Shown here one piece after another: positions 29,534 through 41,100 of a stretch of DNA of 64,000 bases (positions are counted from its first letter, which is position 1; each line of letters starts with the position of its first letter). This DNA is from a bacterium (lineage in GTDB: Bacteria > Zhuqueibacterota > Zhuqueibacteria > Residuimicrobiales > Krinioviventaceae): NCBI GenBank assembly GCA_963675755.2, contig CAXXMD010000003.1:1472001-1536000 (forward strand), written 5' to 3'. The notes under the pieces are model-generated. The model made no database searches and was not told where the DNA came from. It saw only the letters and a program-made list of their open reading frames with translations. A program made the position numbers and the translations under genes.

Positions 29534-30172
29534 ATGTTAAAAGAAAATCAGGATGCATTAATCCATTTAAAAGAGCAATTTACCCTCACAGATGAACAAT
29601 TTGAACAATTTACTCAATATACTCTATTATTAGAGCAATATAATATCCATACCAATCTGGTGTCTAAAAATGATATGGTTAAATTGGTCTCCCGGCATAT
29701 TTATGAGTCACTACAGATACTTTCTCTGGATTATGTGAAAAATGCCAAGAGTATAATGGATGTTGGTTCAGGGGGTGGTTTCCCTGGAATTCCGGTTGCT
29801 ATCATGATATCTGATGTGTATATGAATCTTGTTGAATCCAGAAAGAAAAAAGCAGTCTTTTTGCAACAGGTTTGTGATACATTAAAGTTGGATAATACTC
29901 GGGTATTTCCTGAAAGAGTTGAAGATCTAAGTCTGGAAACAGTTTCAGGACCTTTGGATGTTGTTATGGCAAGAGCTGTGGCTTCTTTATCCCGTTTGTG
30001 TGAATGGTGTATGCCTTTTTTAAAAAAAGGCGGTTCTCTTGTTACATACAAGGGGATAGATATAGAAAATGAATTAAAAGAAATAAACCAATATAAAAAT
30101 ATTAATAGAATGCTTGTACCCGGACTGGATGCGAGCGAACAGAGATATTTTATACAGATTATTAAAGATTAA
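29534..30172 (+). CDS. rsmG: 16S rRNA m7G527 methyltransferase (GidB)
   Basis: NLVS..RHIYES, DVGSGGGFPGIP, VMARAV; follows mnmG. Confidence 0.95.
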   Translation: MLKENQDALIHLKEQFTLTDEQFEQFTQYTLLLEQYNIHTNLVSKNDMVKLVSRHIYESLQILSLDYVKNAKSIMDVGSGGGFPGIPVAIMISDVYMNLVESRKKKAVFLQQVCDTLKLDNTRVFPERVEDLSLETVSGPLDVVMARAVASLSRLCEWCMPFLKKGGSLVTYKGIDIENELKEINQYKNINRMLVPGLDASEQRYFIQIIKD

Positions 30173-30194
30173 CTGAAATTTATCGGAATTTATT

Positions 30195-33100
30195 GTGACT
30201 GCGAAACAATTGCTCGAGATTGTCTCGTCCAGTAAACCTTTTGTTCGTGTATTGGATAAAATAAATGAACAACGGGATTTTGCTGTTACGGGGACTCCAT
30301 TTATTGCTCAGGCGCTCATAACTGCGTCATTATTTAAAAAGACTTCAAGACCTATAGTATTTCTAATGCCGGATGAAAAGGCCGTTAAACTATTCACCCA
30401 GGACTTGCAATCCCTTCTTGGAGAAGATCAGGCGCTTTTTTTCCCATCATACAATCGTCAAATGTGGAATGAATTGGGTCCTCCCAGTACACTTGTAGGG
30501 CATCGATTACGTGTATTAAAGTCATTGGTATCAAAAGAAAATAAAATTCTGGTGGCTCAACCCGGTGCTTTATTGGAAAAGGTTTCCCACCCTGATATTG
30601 TTATTCCCGAACAGATTCTGTTAAAAACCGGTGATGAAATTGATTTTGATACACTGATCCAAAAACTGGTTAAAATGGGCTATGTACGGGAAGATAGAAT
30701 TGATCGTCCCGGTGAAATGAGTGTAAGAGGTGGGTTAATCGATGTGTTTTTATTTGAGAGTGAAATACCCTATAGAATCGAGTTTTTTGGTGATGAAATA
30801 GATTCTATTCGTAAAATTGATATAGATACTCAAAAATCCACAAAAAGAATAGATAAAATAGATATTTTTCCTTTATATGCTGCCGGAATGTACGGTCCAT
30901 ATGACGACCATCCTGAGGATCATGTGCTGTTTGATGCAGCTTTTTTGGATTATTTGCCTGAGAATGCCCTTATATGCTTTGCTGATTATGCTACTGTTAG
31001 TAACGATCTGGATAACTATGAATCAGATATTAACTATCGAATGCAGGGATTTGCACATGAACACAAGATAGAATCATTAAAATATCACGATTTTTATCTA
31101 GGGTATAAAACACTGTTAAAACAGGCTAATGATTTTATGAATATAGAATTTGCATTGCTTCAGCAAACATTTTCAGAAAATGTGCCTTTTCAGATTAAAA
31201 CCGCACCTTTTTTTGCCGGCAAGTTTGATCTGTTTAAAAGGGAAGTAGATCAGCAAATTTTAACCTGTCCTGTTGAATCTCCTCACTATTTATATTGTTG
31301 TGATTCTGAAAGCCAGGCAAGCCGTATTTCTGACCTGCTTGTTCAGGAAGATATGCCTCAGGAACTAGAAGCAATTATTTTAAATATATCGGAAGGTATG
31401 TTATGGCCTGAAACAGGATTGTATTTATATACCAATAAGGAATTATACAGCAGAAATAAGCTTCCAAAACAGGATAGAATAGACAGTCGCAAAGTATCTT
31501 TACGTGATCTTTCCGCAATGAATTTTGGTGATTATGTAGTTCATGAAGACTATGGAATCGGTATTTTTAGAGGTTTAAAAAAGATAAAAGCGTATGGTAA
31601 AGATCGTGAATGTCTACTTTTGGAATACCAGGATAACGATTCGCTATATGTACCTCTTGAAAAAATGCATAAAGTTCAGAAATATTCGGGTAAAGACAGT
31701 GCTGTGCCGCAGCTTAATAAATTGGGTACTTCTTCATGGGAAAAGCTGAAAAAACGCACAAAACAGAATATCAAAGATGTAGCTGCTCAATTAATTAAAC
31801 TCTATGCGTCCCGCAAGATGCAAAAAGGCCATGCATTTCAGGCAGATACAATATGGCAAAAAGAACTGGAAGCATCATTTGAATTTGAAGAAACCCAGGA
31901 TCAATTGAATGCCATTGAAGAGATAAAAAAGGATATGGAATCCGAAAAAGCCATGGATCGGCTGATTTGTGGAGATGTAGGATTCGGAAAGACAGAAGTT
32001 GCAATTAGAGCGGCTTTTAAGGCAATTAATGATGGAAAGCAGGTAGCAGTACTTGTCCCTACAACTATATTAGCTCAACAGCATTTAAACACATTCAGTG
32101 AAAGATTAAGACCTTTTCCTGTATCCGTGGATATGCTATCAAGATTCAGAACACCAAATCAGCAAAAGGCTATAATCGAAAAGGCATCAAAAGGGGAGCT
32201 GGATCTGCTTGTGGGTACCCACCGGATATTATCTAAAGATATTAAATTAAAAAATCTGGGATTACTCATTATTGATGAAGAGCAGCGATTTGGTGTAATG
32301 CACAAGGAAAAGCTCAAACTGCTCAAAGCGACGGTAGATACGCTTTCCATGTCAGCTACTCCAATTCCCAGGACAATGCACATGTCTTTGATGGGTGCTA
32401 AGGACATGTCTTTGATTAATACGCCGCCTCAAAACCGGATACCGATCAAGACCGAAGTGGCCCGTTTTGATCGTGATTATATTCGTGAGATAATTTTAAA
32501 AGAGATTGATCGTGGGGGACAGGTTTTCTTTGTTCACAACCGCGTTCAGTCGATTTATGGTATTTCTAATCTGGTACGGGAAATTGTACCCGAGGTGAGT
32601 ATTGCCGTTGCTCACGGGCAAATGAAGGGACATGAATTGGAGAAAGTAATGATGGCTTTTTCCAGCGGTAAAGTACAATGCCTGGTTTGTACAATGATTA
32701 TCGAATCAGGTATTGATATGCCTAATACAAATACCTTAATAATCAACAGGGCAGATAAGTTGGGTCTTGCACAATTGTACCAGCTTCGGGGACGCGTCGG
32801 GCGTTCAGATTTGCAGGCATATGCATATTTATTGGTACCGCCATTGAGAAAATTATCTCAAACTGCTATTAAAAGATTACAAACTATACAGGAATTATCA
32901 TATTTAGGATCCGGTTATAATGTTGCCATGCGAGACCTGGAAATCCGTGGAACCGGTAATATATTTGGTGCTCAACAAAGTGGATTTGTAGAAGCGTTGG
33001 GTTACGACGTTTATATGAAAATCATAGAAGAAGCCATCTATGAGTTGAAAAAAGAATTGAACATTGAGCAAAAGGAAAAGCGAGAACCTCTCTTTGATCC

Positions 33101-33542
33101 GCAAATCGAATTACGAATGGATGCATTTTTGCCGGACAAGTATATCATGAATCCATCAGAGCGAGTAGATATCTATCGCAGACTAGCCGAGGCGGATACA
33201 CCCAATGCCGTTCAGAATTTAGAAAAGGAGATCAAAGATCGTTTTGGTCCATTACCAGAACCGGCAAAAGTATTGGTAGATTATATATTGATAAAAATAT
33301 ATGCAGAACATGCGCTAATCAGTAAATTGAGATTATTACCAGATAAAATTTTTGGTCATTTTGCAACAGATTTTCTTCCAATTGGGGAACAATTCAGGGA
33401 ATGGTTTGGTAACATTGTAGCAAAGTCAGCCTATAAATTTGAACTGAAACAAACATCAAAAGATCTTTATTTTGAGATCAAAACCTCTCCAAAAGAGGAC
33501 CAATTAAAAACAGCTAAAAACTTCTTGCAATCTATTCAGTAA
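30195..33542 (+). CDS. mfd: transcription-repair coupling factor
   Basis: UvrB-like N-terminus, CarD/RID domain (GDYVVHEDYGIG), GDVGFGKTEVA, DEEQRFGV, SATPIPRT, QLRGRVGR, TRCF C-terminus. Confidence 0.97.
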   Translation: MTAKQLLEIVSSSKPFVRVLDKINEQRDFAVTGTPFIAQALITASLFKKTSRPIVFLMPDEKAVKLFTQDLQSLLGEDQALFFPSYNRQMWNELGPPSTLVGHRLRVLKSLVSKENKILVAQPGALLEKVSHPDIVIPEQILLKTGDEIDFDTLIQKLVKMGYVREDRIDRPGEMSVRGGLIDVFLFESEIPYRIEFFGDEIDSIRKIDIDTQKSTKRIDKIDIFPLYAAGMYGPYDDHPEDHVLFDAAFLDYLPENALICFADYATVSNDLDNYESDINYRMQGFAHEHKIESLKYHDFYLGYKTLLKQANDFMNIEFALLQQTFSENVPFQIKTAPFFAGKFDLFKREVDQQILTCPVESPHYLYCCDSESQASRISDLLVQEDMPQELEAIILNISEGMLWPETGLYLYTNKELYSRNKLPKQDRIDSRKVSLRDLSAMNFGDYVVHEDYGIGIFRGLKKIKAYGKDRECLLLEYQDNDSLYVPLEKMHKVQKYSGKDSAVPQLNKLGTSSWEKLKKRTKQNIKDVAAQLIKLYASRKMQKGHAFQADTIWQKELEASFEFEETQDQLNAIEEIKKDMESEKAMDRLICGDVGFGKTEVAIRAAFKAINDGKQVAVLVPTTILAQQHLNTFSERLRPFPVSVDMLSRFRTPNQQKAIIEKASKGELDLLVGTHRILSKDIKLKNLGLLIIDEEQRFGVMHKEKLKLLKATVDTLSMSATPIPRTMHMSLMGAKDMSLINTPPQNRIPIKTEVARFDRDYIREIILKEIDRGGQVFFVHNRVQSIYGISNLVREIVPEVSIAVAHGQMKGHELEKVMMAFSSGKVQCLVCTMIIESGIDMPNTNTLIINRADKLGLAQLYQLRGRVGRSDLQAYAYLLVPPLRKLSQTAIKRLQTIQELSYLGSGYNVAMRDLEIRGTGNIFGAQQSGFVEALGYDVYMKIIEEAIYELKKELNIEQKEKREPLFDPQIELRMDAFLPDKYIMNPSERVDIYRRLAEADTPNAVQNLEKEIKDRFGPLPEPAKVLVDYILIKIYAEHALISKLRLLPDKIFGHFATDFLPIGEQFREWFGNIVAKSAYKFELKQTSKDLYFEIKTSPKEDQLKTAKNFLQSIQ

Positions 33543-33598
33543 ATGGCTAACTTGTTAATTACTATAAATCAAAAGGATAGGTCAATTCTACCGAGGCG

Positions 33599-35302
33599 TT
33601 GATGAAAGGTAATAAAATAATCTTGATACTTTTGCTTGTTATTGCAGGTTGCTCAAACTTGACAGAAAACAAGATCATTGCCCGGGTGGGTAACCGACCC
33701 GTATATGTTAAAGATTTTAAGGATTATGTTTATAAAAATACCAAACCCGCACAGTTCCTGAATATTACAGAAGCCGACCTGCAAAAGCAATTGCAAATTG
33801 TTATTGATAACAAACGCAAATTAACCGAAGCATACGAAAATAATCTGGATAATGATTCTACAATTATATCCAAAGTAGATCAAACCTTTAAAAATGTTTT
33901 ACACAATTATGTAATAACAAAAAATGTTGTGGATCCGGTAATACCCGAACAGGAATACAGAACAAGATATGACAGAATGTCGAGAGAAGTTAAGGGAAGA
34001 CATATTTTTATACCAGCCTCAAAAGATTCAATCAAGAATCTTCAATCTGTAAAAATATTGGATTCATTGAAATCTGAAATTATTAAAGGCGCGGATTTTG
34101 AACTGTTGGCCCGCAAGTTTTCTCAAGATTCTTTAACTGCTGGCAAGGGTGGAAATTTGGGCTTTGTTAAATGGCCTGTTCAGGAATGGGGAATAGAGTT
34201 TTCTAATGAATTATTTTCCCTGAGTAAAGGAGAGGTTTCTCCTGTTATCACTACTCAAAAGGGATATCATATATTGAACCTTGTGGAAGACAGATCTATT
34301 TCAGTTGTTCCATATGATTATATGCGTGAAATGATACAAAAAGGATTTTTTCGGGAAAAGGCCCGCCAATTGTCACAAACGTATCAGGAGTGGATTAAAA
34401 AACTGGAAGCAGATTATCACATGCAAATGGTTGATGAAAATATTGATTATTTTTGTGAGACGACCCAAAAACTGATAAAAAACCATGATGATGATAATTT
34501 TGATTTTGATATTCAACGTGTTAAAGACCAGTTTGATACAACACGGGTAATGGTTAAATATGATTCGGGTGTATATACACTGGATCAATATTTTAATGAT
34601 ATTAAAAATATGTTTATAGACTCTACCCCGTCTCATTTTGAAAGGGATAAAGTTTTAAATACTTTGGAAACGCTGGTAATTAGACAATTGATCCCAAAAT
34701 ACGCATTAGATAATAAATATCAATTAAAACGAGAATTAAAGGAACAAAAGCAGAATATAAAACATAAATATATGATAGATCTTTTGGAAACAAAATGTGT
34801 GGATGAACAAATACCTGACAGTGAATATAAAAAGTACTATGATGAAAATATTAATGAATATAATAATATTTCCAGATATCATGTTCAGGAAATTTTAGTA
34901 AGCAATAAAAAATTGGCAGAATCACTTTATGAACAAATAAAGAATGGAGCAGATTTTGGAGAGCTTGCTAAAAGATATACCGAGCGTAAAGAATATCTGA
35001 GAACAACCGGTGATTTGGGCATGATTTCAGATAAACATTTTGGTATTGTTGGCAAGACCGCATCGACCATGAAAAAAGGAGAGCTCTCAAAACCTGTAAA
35101 AAATGGCAATGCTTATTCTATTATCAAACTCGATGATTTAGAAGAGGGCGGTAAAGTAAAATGGGAAAATCTGGTTCCATATGCTAAAATTAAAGTTCAG
35201 AATAAATATGCCACCGAAAAAAGAAAAGAATGGCGTGAAAAACTAGATAATAAGTATAAAGTTGTTATCTATGAAAAAGAATTGAAACCGTTTATAATAT
35301 AG
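33599..35302 (+). CDS. parvulin-type peptidyl-prolyl isomerase lipoprotein with two PpiC domains
   Basis: Lipobox IAG|C; GADFELLARKFSQD..GGNLG; GADFGELAKRYT..GDLG. Confidence 0.85.
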   Translation: MMKGNKIILILLLVIAGCSNLTENKIIARVGNRPVYVKDFKDYVYKNTKPAQFLNITEADLQKQLQIVIDNKRKLTEAYENNLDNDSTIISKVDQTFKNVLHNYVITKNVVDPVIPEQEYRTRYDRMSREVKGRHIFIPASKDSIKNLQSVKILDSLKSEIIKGADFELLARKFSQDSLTAGKGGNLGFVKWPVQEWGIEFSNELFSLSKGEVSPVITTQKGYHILNLVEDRSISVVPYDYMREMIQKGFFREKARQLSQTYQEWIKKLEADYHMQMVDENIDYFCETTQKLIKNHDDDNFDFDIQRVKDQFDTTRVMVKYDSGVYTLDQYFNDIKNMFIDSTPSHFERDKVLNTLETLVIRQLIPKYALDNKYQLKRELKEQKQNIKHKYMIDLLETKCVDEQIPDSEYKKYYDENINEYNNISRYHVQEILVSNKKLAESLYEQIKNGADFGELAKRYTERKEYLRTTGDLGMISDKHFGIVGKTASTMKKGELSKPVKNGNAYSIIKLDDLEEGGKVKWENLVPYAKIKVQNKYATEKRKEWREKLDNKYKVVIYEKELKPFII

Positions 35303-35316
35303 GATATATTGATTTC

Positions 35317-36159
35317 ATGTTAAAAAAAGGACTGCTAATCCTATTATTGTTGTTTGCTGCATGTGCAAAAGACAATAAACCGGATTCACCTGTAATTGCG
35401 CGAGTAGGAGATCAGGTTTTTACTGTTAATGATTTAAAAAAAGTTATTCCAAATGACCCGGATTTTCAATTATCAGAAATTCAACTACAGAATTATGTTA
35501 AAAAATGGATAGAAATGGAACTCTGGTATGCAGAGTTGCAGGAATACAAATTTGATGAAAACCCGGAATTCGAAAAAGATATTCGCAAAGCTGTTCGTGA
35601 TTTAATGGTATCGAAATACATTACTGAAAAGATAGACAAAGGTCTTGAAGTAACCGAAGAAGAAATTAAAGAATATTATGAACAGCATTCTCAGGAATTT
35701 GTAAGGCCAAATGACTATTACAAAGTGAGACTTGTTCTGGTGAAAACATACAGGGAAGCGGAAGAAATTCGTGCTAAACTGGTTAAAGGTGAATCATTTG
35801 CTACATTGGCCAGAGAAAATTCGCTTGATGAGAGTAAAGAAAATAATGGTGAATTGGGTTGGGTAACTCTTGAACAACTTCCGGAAGTAATAGTAAACCG
35901 TTTACCCAGAATGCGCCAAAACAGGATTGAAAATATAAAATCAATACACGGATATTATCTTGTGGAATTGCTGGAAAAACGCAACAAGGGAGATGTTCAA
36001 ACACTAGAAGAAGTTAAAGACATGATTTCCTGGCGATTAATGGCCTGGAAACGGGAAAATAAATATAAACGATATGTAACCTATCTTGGTGAAAATGCGC
36101 AGGTAGAAGCAAAGTGGGAACTGATACAGGAAACCATGAACAGTACCCGGCCACAATAA
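35317..36159 (+). CDS. parvulin-type PPIase lipoprotein (PrsA-like)
   Basis: Lipobox FAA|C; GESFATLARENSLD..GELGW; HGYYLV. Confidence 0.85.
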   Translation: MLKKGLLILLLLFAACAKDNKPDSPVIARVGDQVFTVNDLKKVIPNDPDFQLSEIQLQNYVKKWIEMELWYAELQEYKFDENPEFEKDIRKAVRDLMVSKYITEKIDKGLEVTEEEIKEYYEQHSQEFVRPNDYYKVRLVLVKTYREAEEIRAKLVKGESFATLARENSLDESKENNGELGWVTLEQLPEVIVNRLPRMRQNRIENIKSIHGYYLVELLEKRNKGDVQTLEEVKDMISWRLMAWKRENKYKRYVTYLGENAQVEAKWELIQETMNSTRPQ

Positions 36160-36174
36160 AAGAGGTGAAAAAGA

Positions 36175-37482
36175 ATGAGATTGAGCTTTATTAAATCAGG
36201 AATTATTTTATTATTTGTTATTACATACAGCCAATTGTCAGCACAGCAGGTTTTGGATCGTATGATTGCTATTGTTGACGATGATATTATTCTAGAATCA
36301 CAGGTTACCCAGGGTGCTTATTATGCAGCATTACAAATGGGTATTGATCCTGCAAAGAATCCTCAGGATTTTCAGGATTTAAAACAACAGACTTTAAAAT
36401 CATTGATTAACAAGGAATTGATGCTCATACAGGCCGATAAAGATACGGTAATTGCTGATGAACGTCAGGTTGACACTTATTTGCAACAGGATCTTCAGCG
36501 AGTAACCCAGCAGGTTGGAGGAGAAGATAAAATTGAAGAGTCTCTGGGTATGCCCATGTCAAAATTTCGTCGTACAAGACGCCAGGAAATAGAAAAAGAA
36601 ATGCGCGTCAGTATGGTAAGGGAACAAAAATTTGCCAATTTAAAGGTCTCCAGTCGCGAAGTTAAAGAGTTTTATAATGCGAAAAAAGATTCATTAGGAA
36701 CCGTACAGGAAACAGTAGATATAAGCCATATTCTGGTTACACCAAAACCCGGTAAAGAATCCCGTGAAAATGCTTTAAAACGGGCCCAGGCAGTACGAGA
36801 ATTGGTTGTAGATAAAGGTTATGATTTTGCTGAAATGGCTAAAGAATATTCCGAAGATCCTGGTTCTGCTCAAAAAGGTGGAGATTTGGGATTTGTTTCA
36901 CGTTCCACGTTGGTAAGAGAATATGCTGAAGCAGCGTCCAGGCTTGAACCGGGCGAATTTTCTCAAATTGTAGAGTCTCAGTTTGGTTTTCATATTATAA
37001 AATTGATTGAAAAACGCGGCGAAAAGATCCATACTCAACATATCCTGATATCGATCAAACCCACAGAAAAAGATGAAATGGATACTGTGGAATTGATTAA
37101 AAAAATCCATTCAGAACTTGAGAATGGAGCCGATTTTGAAAAACTTGTAAAAGAATATTCTGAAGATGAATCATCCAATAAACAAGATGGACATCTGGGT
37201 CGTTTTGAAATTGATCAATTGAAACAAATGGCCAAAGAATTCAGTTATGGAATTGAAAATGTTCAACCCGGTGAATACTCTGATCCTATTAAAACACAGT
37301 TTGGTTACCATGTAATCAAAGTGAATTCAAGAGAAAAAGCCAGAGAATATGACCTCAACAAAGACTGGGATATGATTGAGGGAATGGCACTTGAATATAA
37401 AAAACAGCTGGAATATCAGGAATGGCTGAACAGGATCAAAAAAGACATATATCTCGAAGTTAAAGAGCCATATACATTATAA
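36175..37482 (+). CDS. surA: periplasmic chaperone SurA-like, two PPIase domains
   Basis: Signal peptide; LDRMIAIVDDDIILES; SHILV..FAEMAKEYSEDPGSAQKGGDLG; second rotamase domain. Confidence 0.85.
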   Translation: MRLSFIKSGIILLFVITYSQLSAQQVLDRMIAIVDDDIILESQVTQGAYYAALQMGIDPAKNPQDFQDLKQQTLKSLINKELMLIQADKDTVIADERQVDTYLQQDLQRVTQQVGGEDKIEESLGMPMSKFRRTRRQEIEKEMRVSMVREQKFANLKVSSREVKEFYNAKKDSLGTVQETVDISHILVTPKPGKESRENALKRAQAVRELVVDKGYDFAEMAKEYSEDPGSAQKGGDLGFVSRSTLVREYAEAASRLEPGEFSQIVESQFGFHIIKLIEKRGEKIHTQHILISIKPTEKDEMDTVELIKKIHSELENGADFEKLVKEYSEDESSNKQDGHLGRFEIDQLKQMAKEFSYGIENVQPGEYSDPIKTQFGYHVIKVNSREKAREYDLNKDWDMIEGMALEYKKQLEYQEWLNRIKKDIYLEVKEPYTL

Positions 37483-37486
37483 TGTA

Positions 37487-38158
37487 GTGAATAAAAAAAG
37501 TATATACATATTATTATTGTGTATCGGATTTGTTATACACAACTATTCTTTTGCCCAAACTAAAGAAAATGCGTTTACCATTGCCAGATTAAAATACTCG
37601 GGTGGGGGCGACTGGTATAATAATCCATCATGTATACCCAATTTATTAACATTTCTGTCAGAGAATACAAATCTCAATACAGCTGATGATGAAGTACGCC
37701 TTGGCATAATGGATGAGACCCTATTCTCATACCCAGTACTTTTTATGACCGGACATGGAAGAATTAATTTTACACCTATCGAAGTAAAAAGGCTTAGGGA
37801 TTATTTAACAGGTGGGGGCTTTCTTTATGCGGATGATGATTATGGAATGGATGTCCATTTCAAGCGGGAAATAGCCAAAGTTTTTCCGGACCATGAATTG
37901 GTAGAGATTCCCTTTTCTCACGGTATTTTTCACAGTCACTATGATTTTAATGGACTACCCAAGATCCATGAATTTGATGGCGGGCCGCCAAAAGCGTATG
38001 GGATATTTTATAATAATAGACTGGTCGTCTTTTATTCTGCGAATACAAATATCTCTGATGGTTGGGCAGACCCGCAGGTACATGGTGATTCTCCAATAAT
38101 CCGGGAAACGGCATTAAAAATGGGCTTGAATATTATCATTTACGCATTGTTGAACTGA
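37487..38158 (+). CDS. DUF4159 domain secreted protein
   Basis: ARLKYSGGGDWY, LFMTGHG, LRDYLTGGGFLYADDDYG, ALKMGLNI; signal peptide. Confidence 0.85.
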   Translation: MNKKSIYILLLCIGFVIHNYSFAQTKENAFTIARLKYSGGGDWYNNPSCIPNLLTFLSENTNLNTADDEVRLGIMDETLFSYPVLFMTGHGRINFTPIEVKRLRDYLTGGGFLYADDDYGMDVHFKREIAKVFPDHELVEIPFSHGIFHSHYDFNGLPKIHEFDGGPPKAYGIFYNNRLVVFYSANTNISDGWADPQVHGDSPIIRETALKMGLNIIIYALLN

Positions 38159-41100
38159 TGAACAACCATAAATCCACATATATACAGTTACAGAAAAAAC
38201 TAGAACTTTTTCGCTCTGCTGAAAAGCGGTTTTTTTTATATAAAAGACTGCTCAAGCTTTTATTGGTTATTTCACCTTTGTCGGTTTTATTAACATTTAT
38301 AGAAATGACAATGGATCTCTCTGTAAATGTACGATTAGCTTTAATATTGAGTTTTATTGGGATTGTTATACTTGGCTTTATTGGGATTTTATATAAACCG
38401 GTTTATTTACTGCTAAAAAAAGATCAACCTACATTAAACGAGATTGCTTTAAAAGTAGGTAGTCATTTTAAATCTGTTGATGATCGGTTGGCAAACGCAC
38501 TGCAATTGTTTCAACGTTATCATAATGATGATCGTTATTCCATTTCATTAATTAATGAAGCAATAAGTTCTGTTGAAGCAGATGTTGCGGACCAGGATTT
38601 TTATCCCTTGGTAAATAAAAAACCATTTTTCAAAATTTTCAAAACCACAGCCATAGTTTTATCTGTAATTGTTTTGTTGTTGATCTTGAAATTACCTGCT
38701 GTTGGTTCTGCCATAACCCAATTGCTTCATCCAAAACAGGATATGGATACCAATCGGATAACGTTTGAGGTGTTTCCCGGAAACACACGCATCGTTGAAG
38801 ATTCTGCGTTTGATATAAAGGTTTGGGTCTCCGATAGTACCTTGCAAACACTGGACTTGAAATATACAGGTCAATCTCCCATAACACTTGAAAAATCGCC
38901 TGATGATACTTTTAGATACCAGATTGATAAAGTATATGAATCATTTACCTATCAATTTATGTCCAAAGAACAGGTTTCCCCGGAATTTTCAGTTGATGTT
39001 CAGGAACGCCCTTTATTAAGAAATATTTCTGTAACCGTAACACCTCCGGCATATTCAGGCATTGAAAAATACGCCCTTGAAGATAATGTAGGGGATGTCA
39101 GTGCATTAAAAGGCTCACGAATAAACATAGTCGGGAATCCCAATAAAGAACTGGACACGGTTAAGGTAGAGTTTTCGGACAATGCACTTTATATGGATAA
39201 AAAGAATGACAAAGTATATATAGAGTTTCCCATGATAAAAAGCGATATTTATCGCTTTTACCTGACAGACATGTATGGTTTTTCCAGCATCAATCCCATT
39301 AATTATACTTTACAAGTTATTCCTGATCAGTATCCGGTTGTGAGAATCATTCAACCCGGTAAAGATATTGATTTAGGAGAGGAAATGCTTATTCCACTCA
39401 TTATCGATGCGCAGGACGATTATGGATTCAGCAAAATTTCAATAGCTTATCAGGTGATTTCTGCTGAAATGGAACCCGATTCTAACCGATATGTTCATCA
39501 GGAGCTTGTAGATTTAGAATACGAGCAGAAAATGCGGGTTGCACTTAATTGGGACCTTTCCGAATCTGATATGCTGCCAACTGAGGTAGTGGTCTATTAT
39601 GTAGAAGCCTGGGATAATGATACTGTAACCGGCCCCAAACGTTCTGTATCCAAAACATATCGGGCACGTTTCCCCTCCATGTTTGAAATGTATGAAGAAA
39701 TAACTTCTACTCAGGATGAAGCCATTCGTGAAATGGAAGATGCTTATGAGAAATCCCAGGAATTTAAGGAAAAGATAGACGAGTTGTCCCGAGAAATGCA
39801 GCGGGAAAAGGATCTCGACTGGGAGCGCCAGCAGGAAACAGAACAAGCAATTCAACAGAGAGAAGAAATCAACCAAAAATTAAAAGAGCTTGAGAAAAAT
39901 CTTGAAGAAATGGTTGATAAAATGGAAGAAAATGATCTTGTTTCTTCTGAAACCCTGAAAAAGTACCAGGAATTGCAGGAACTGTACAAAGATATCATGA
40001 CGCCTGAACTTGAAAATCTGATGAAACAAATGTCAGAGTCTTTGCAGAATGTTGACCAGAATATGCTGAAAAAAGCCATGGAAGAGTTTAAAATGACAGA
40101 AGACCAGATGTCGAAAAATCTGGACAGGACCATTAATCTGTTAAAACGCTTGAAAATGGAGCAGCAACTGGATCAGGCAATAAAAATGGCAAATGATATT
40201 GCGGAACGTCAGCAGAATTTGGAAAACAAACAGACTGATGACAAAAATCGTCTTTCCAAAGAACAAAGCAATATCAATAAAGATAAAGAAGCCATGACCG
40301 AAGCGTTAAAAGAACTGCGTAAGGAAATGGAAGAACAACCTCAAATGCCTCTTGATCAGATGGATAAAGCTTTGAGTGATCTTGAATCTGATAGTCTGGA
40401 CCAGGCTTTTAACCAGATGCAGGAAATGATCAACAGCGGCCAGATGGAGAATTTTTCTCAGCAGTCACAAAAAGTACAGCAGAAAATGGAATCCGTTGCA
40501 CAGCAGTTACAGCAAGCCAAAGATAATATGAATGGCACCATGCAGCGCCAAGCCATGATGGCGATGAAACGCAACATCCGTCAGTTATTAGAGTTATCTC
40601 TTGATCAGGAAGACCTGATGATGGAAACGGATGAGCTGCCATCAAATACCTCCAATATACAGGGAATTGCGGATCGTCAAAATAATATGTCTAGTGGATT
40701 GTCCCGTGTTATTAACAGTATATTTGAATTGTCGAAAGAAACCATGTCCATGAATTCGCAGATGCAGGCTACATTAGGAAATGCATCCATGAATATGCAG
40801 GATGCCCTTGTTGCTATGGAAAACCGAAATAATAAACTGGCATCCCGAAACCAGGCAGAAGCCATGAAATCCATCAACAGTGCAATATTGCAAATGCAGC
40901 AATCCATGCAGAATATGATGCAAAACGCATCGGGCAGTGGTATGAGTTTTGAGCAGTTTATGCAGCAAATGCAAAAAATGGCCCAGGGTCAGCAGCAGTT
41001 GAATCAGATGACACAGCAGTTGGGTATGGGGCAGCAAATGTCTCAGGCACAACAGGCCCAGATGGCAAGAATGGCTGCAGAACAGGAACGCTTGCGCAAA

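Noticed and set aside
36893-36912. parS-like TGTTTCACGTTCCACG inside surA
   Set aside because: The right half does not match and it is not palindromic.
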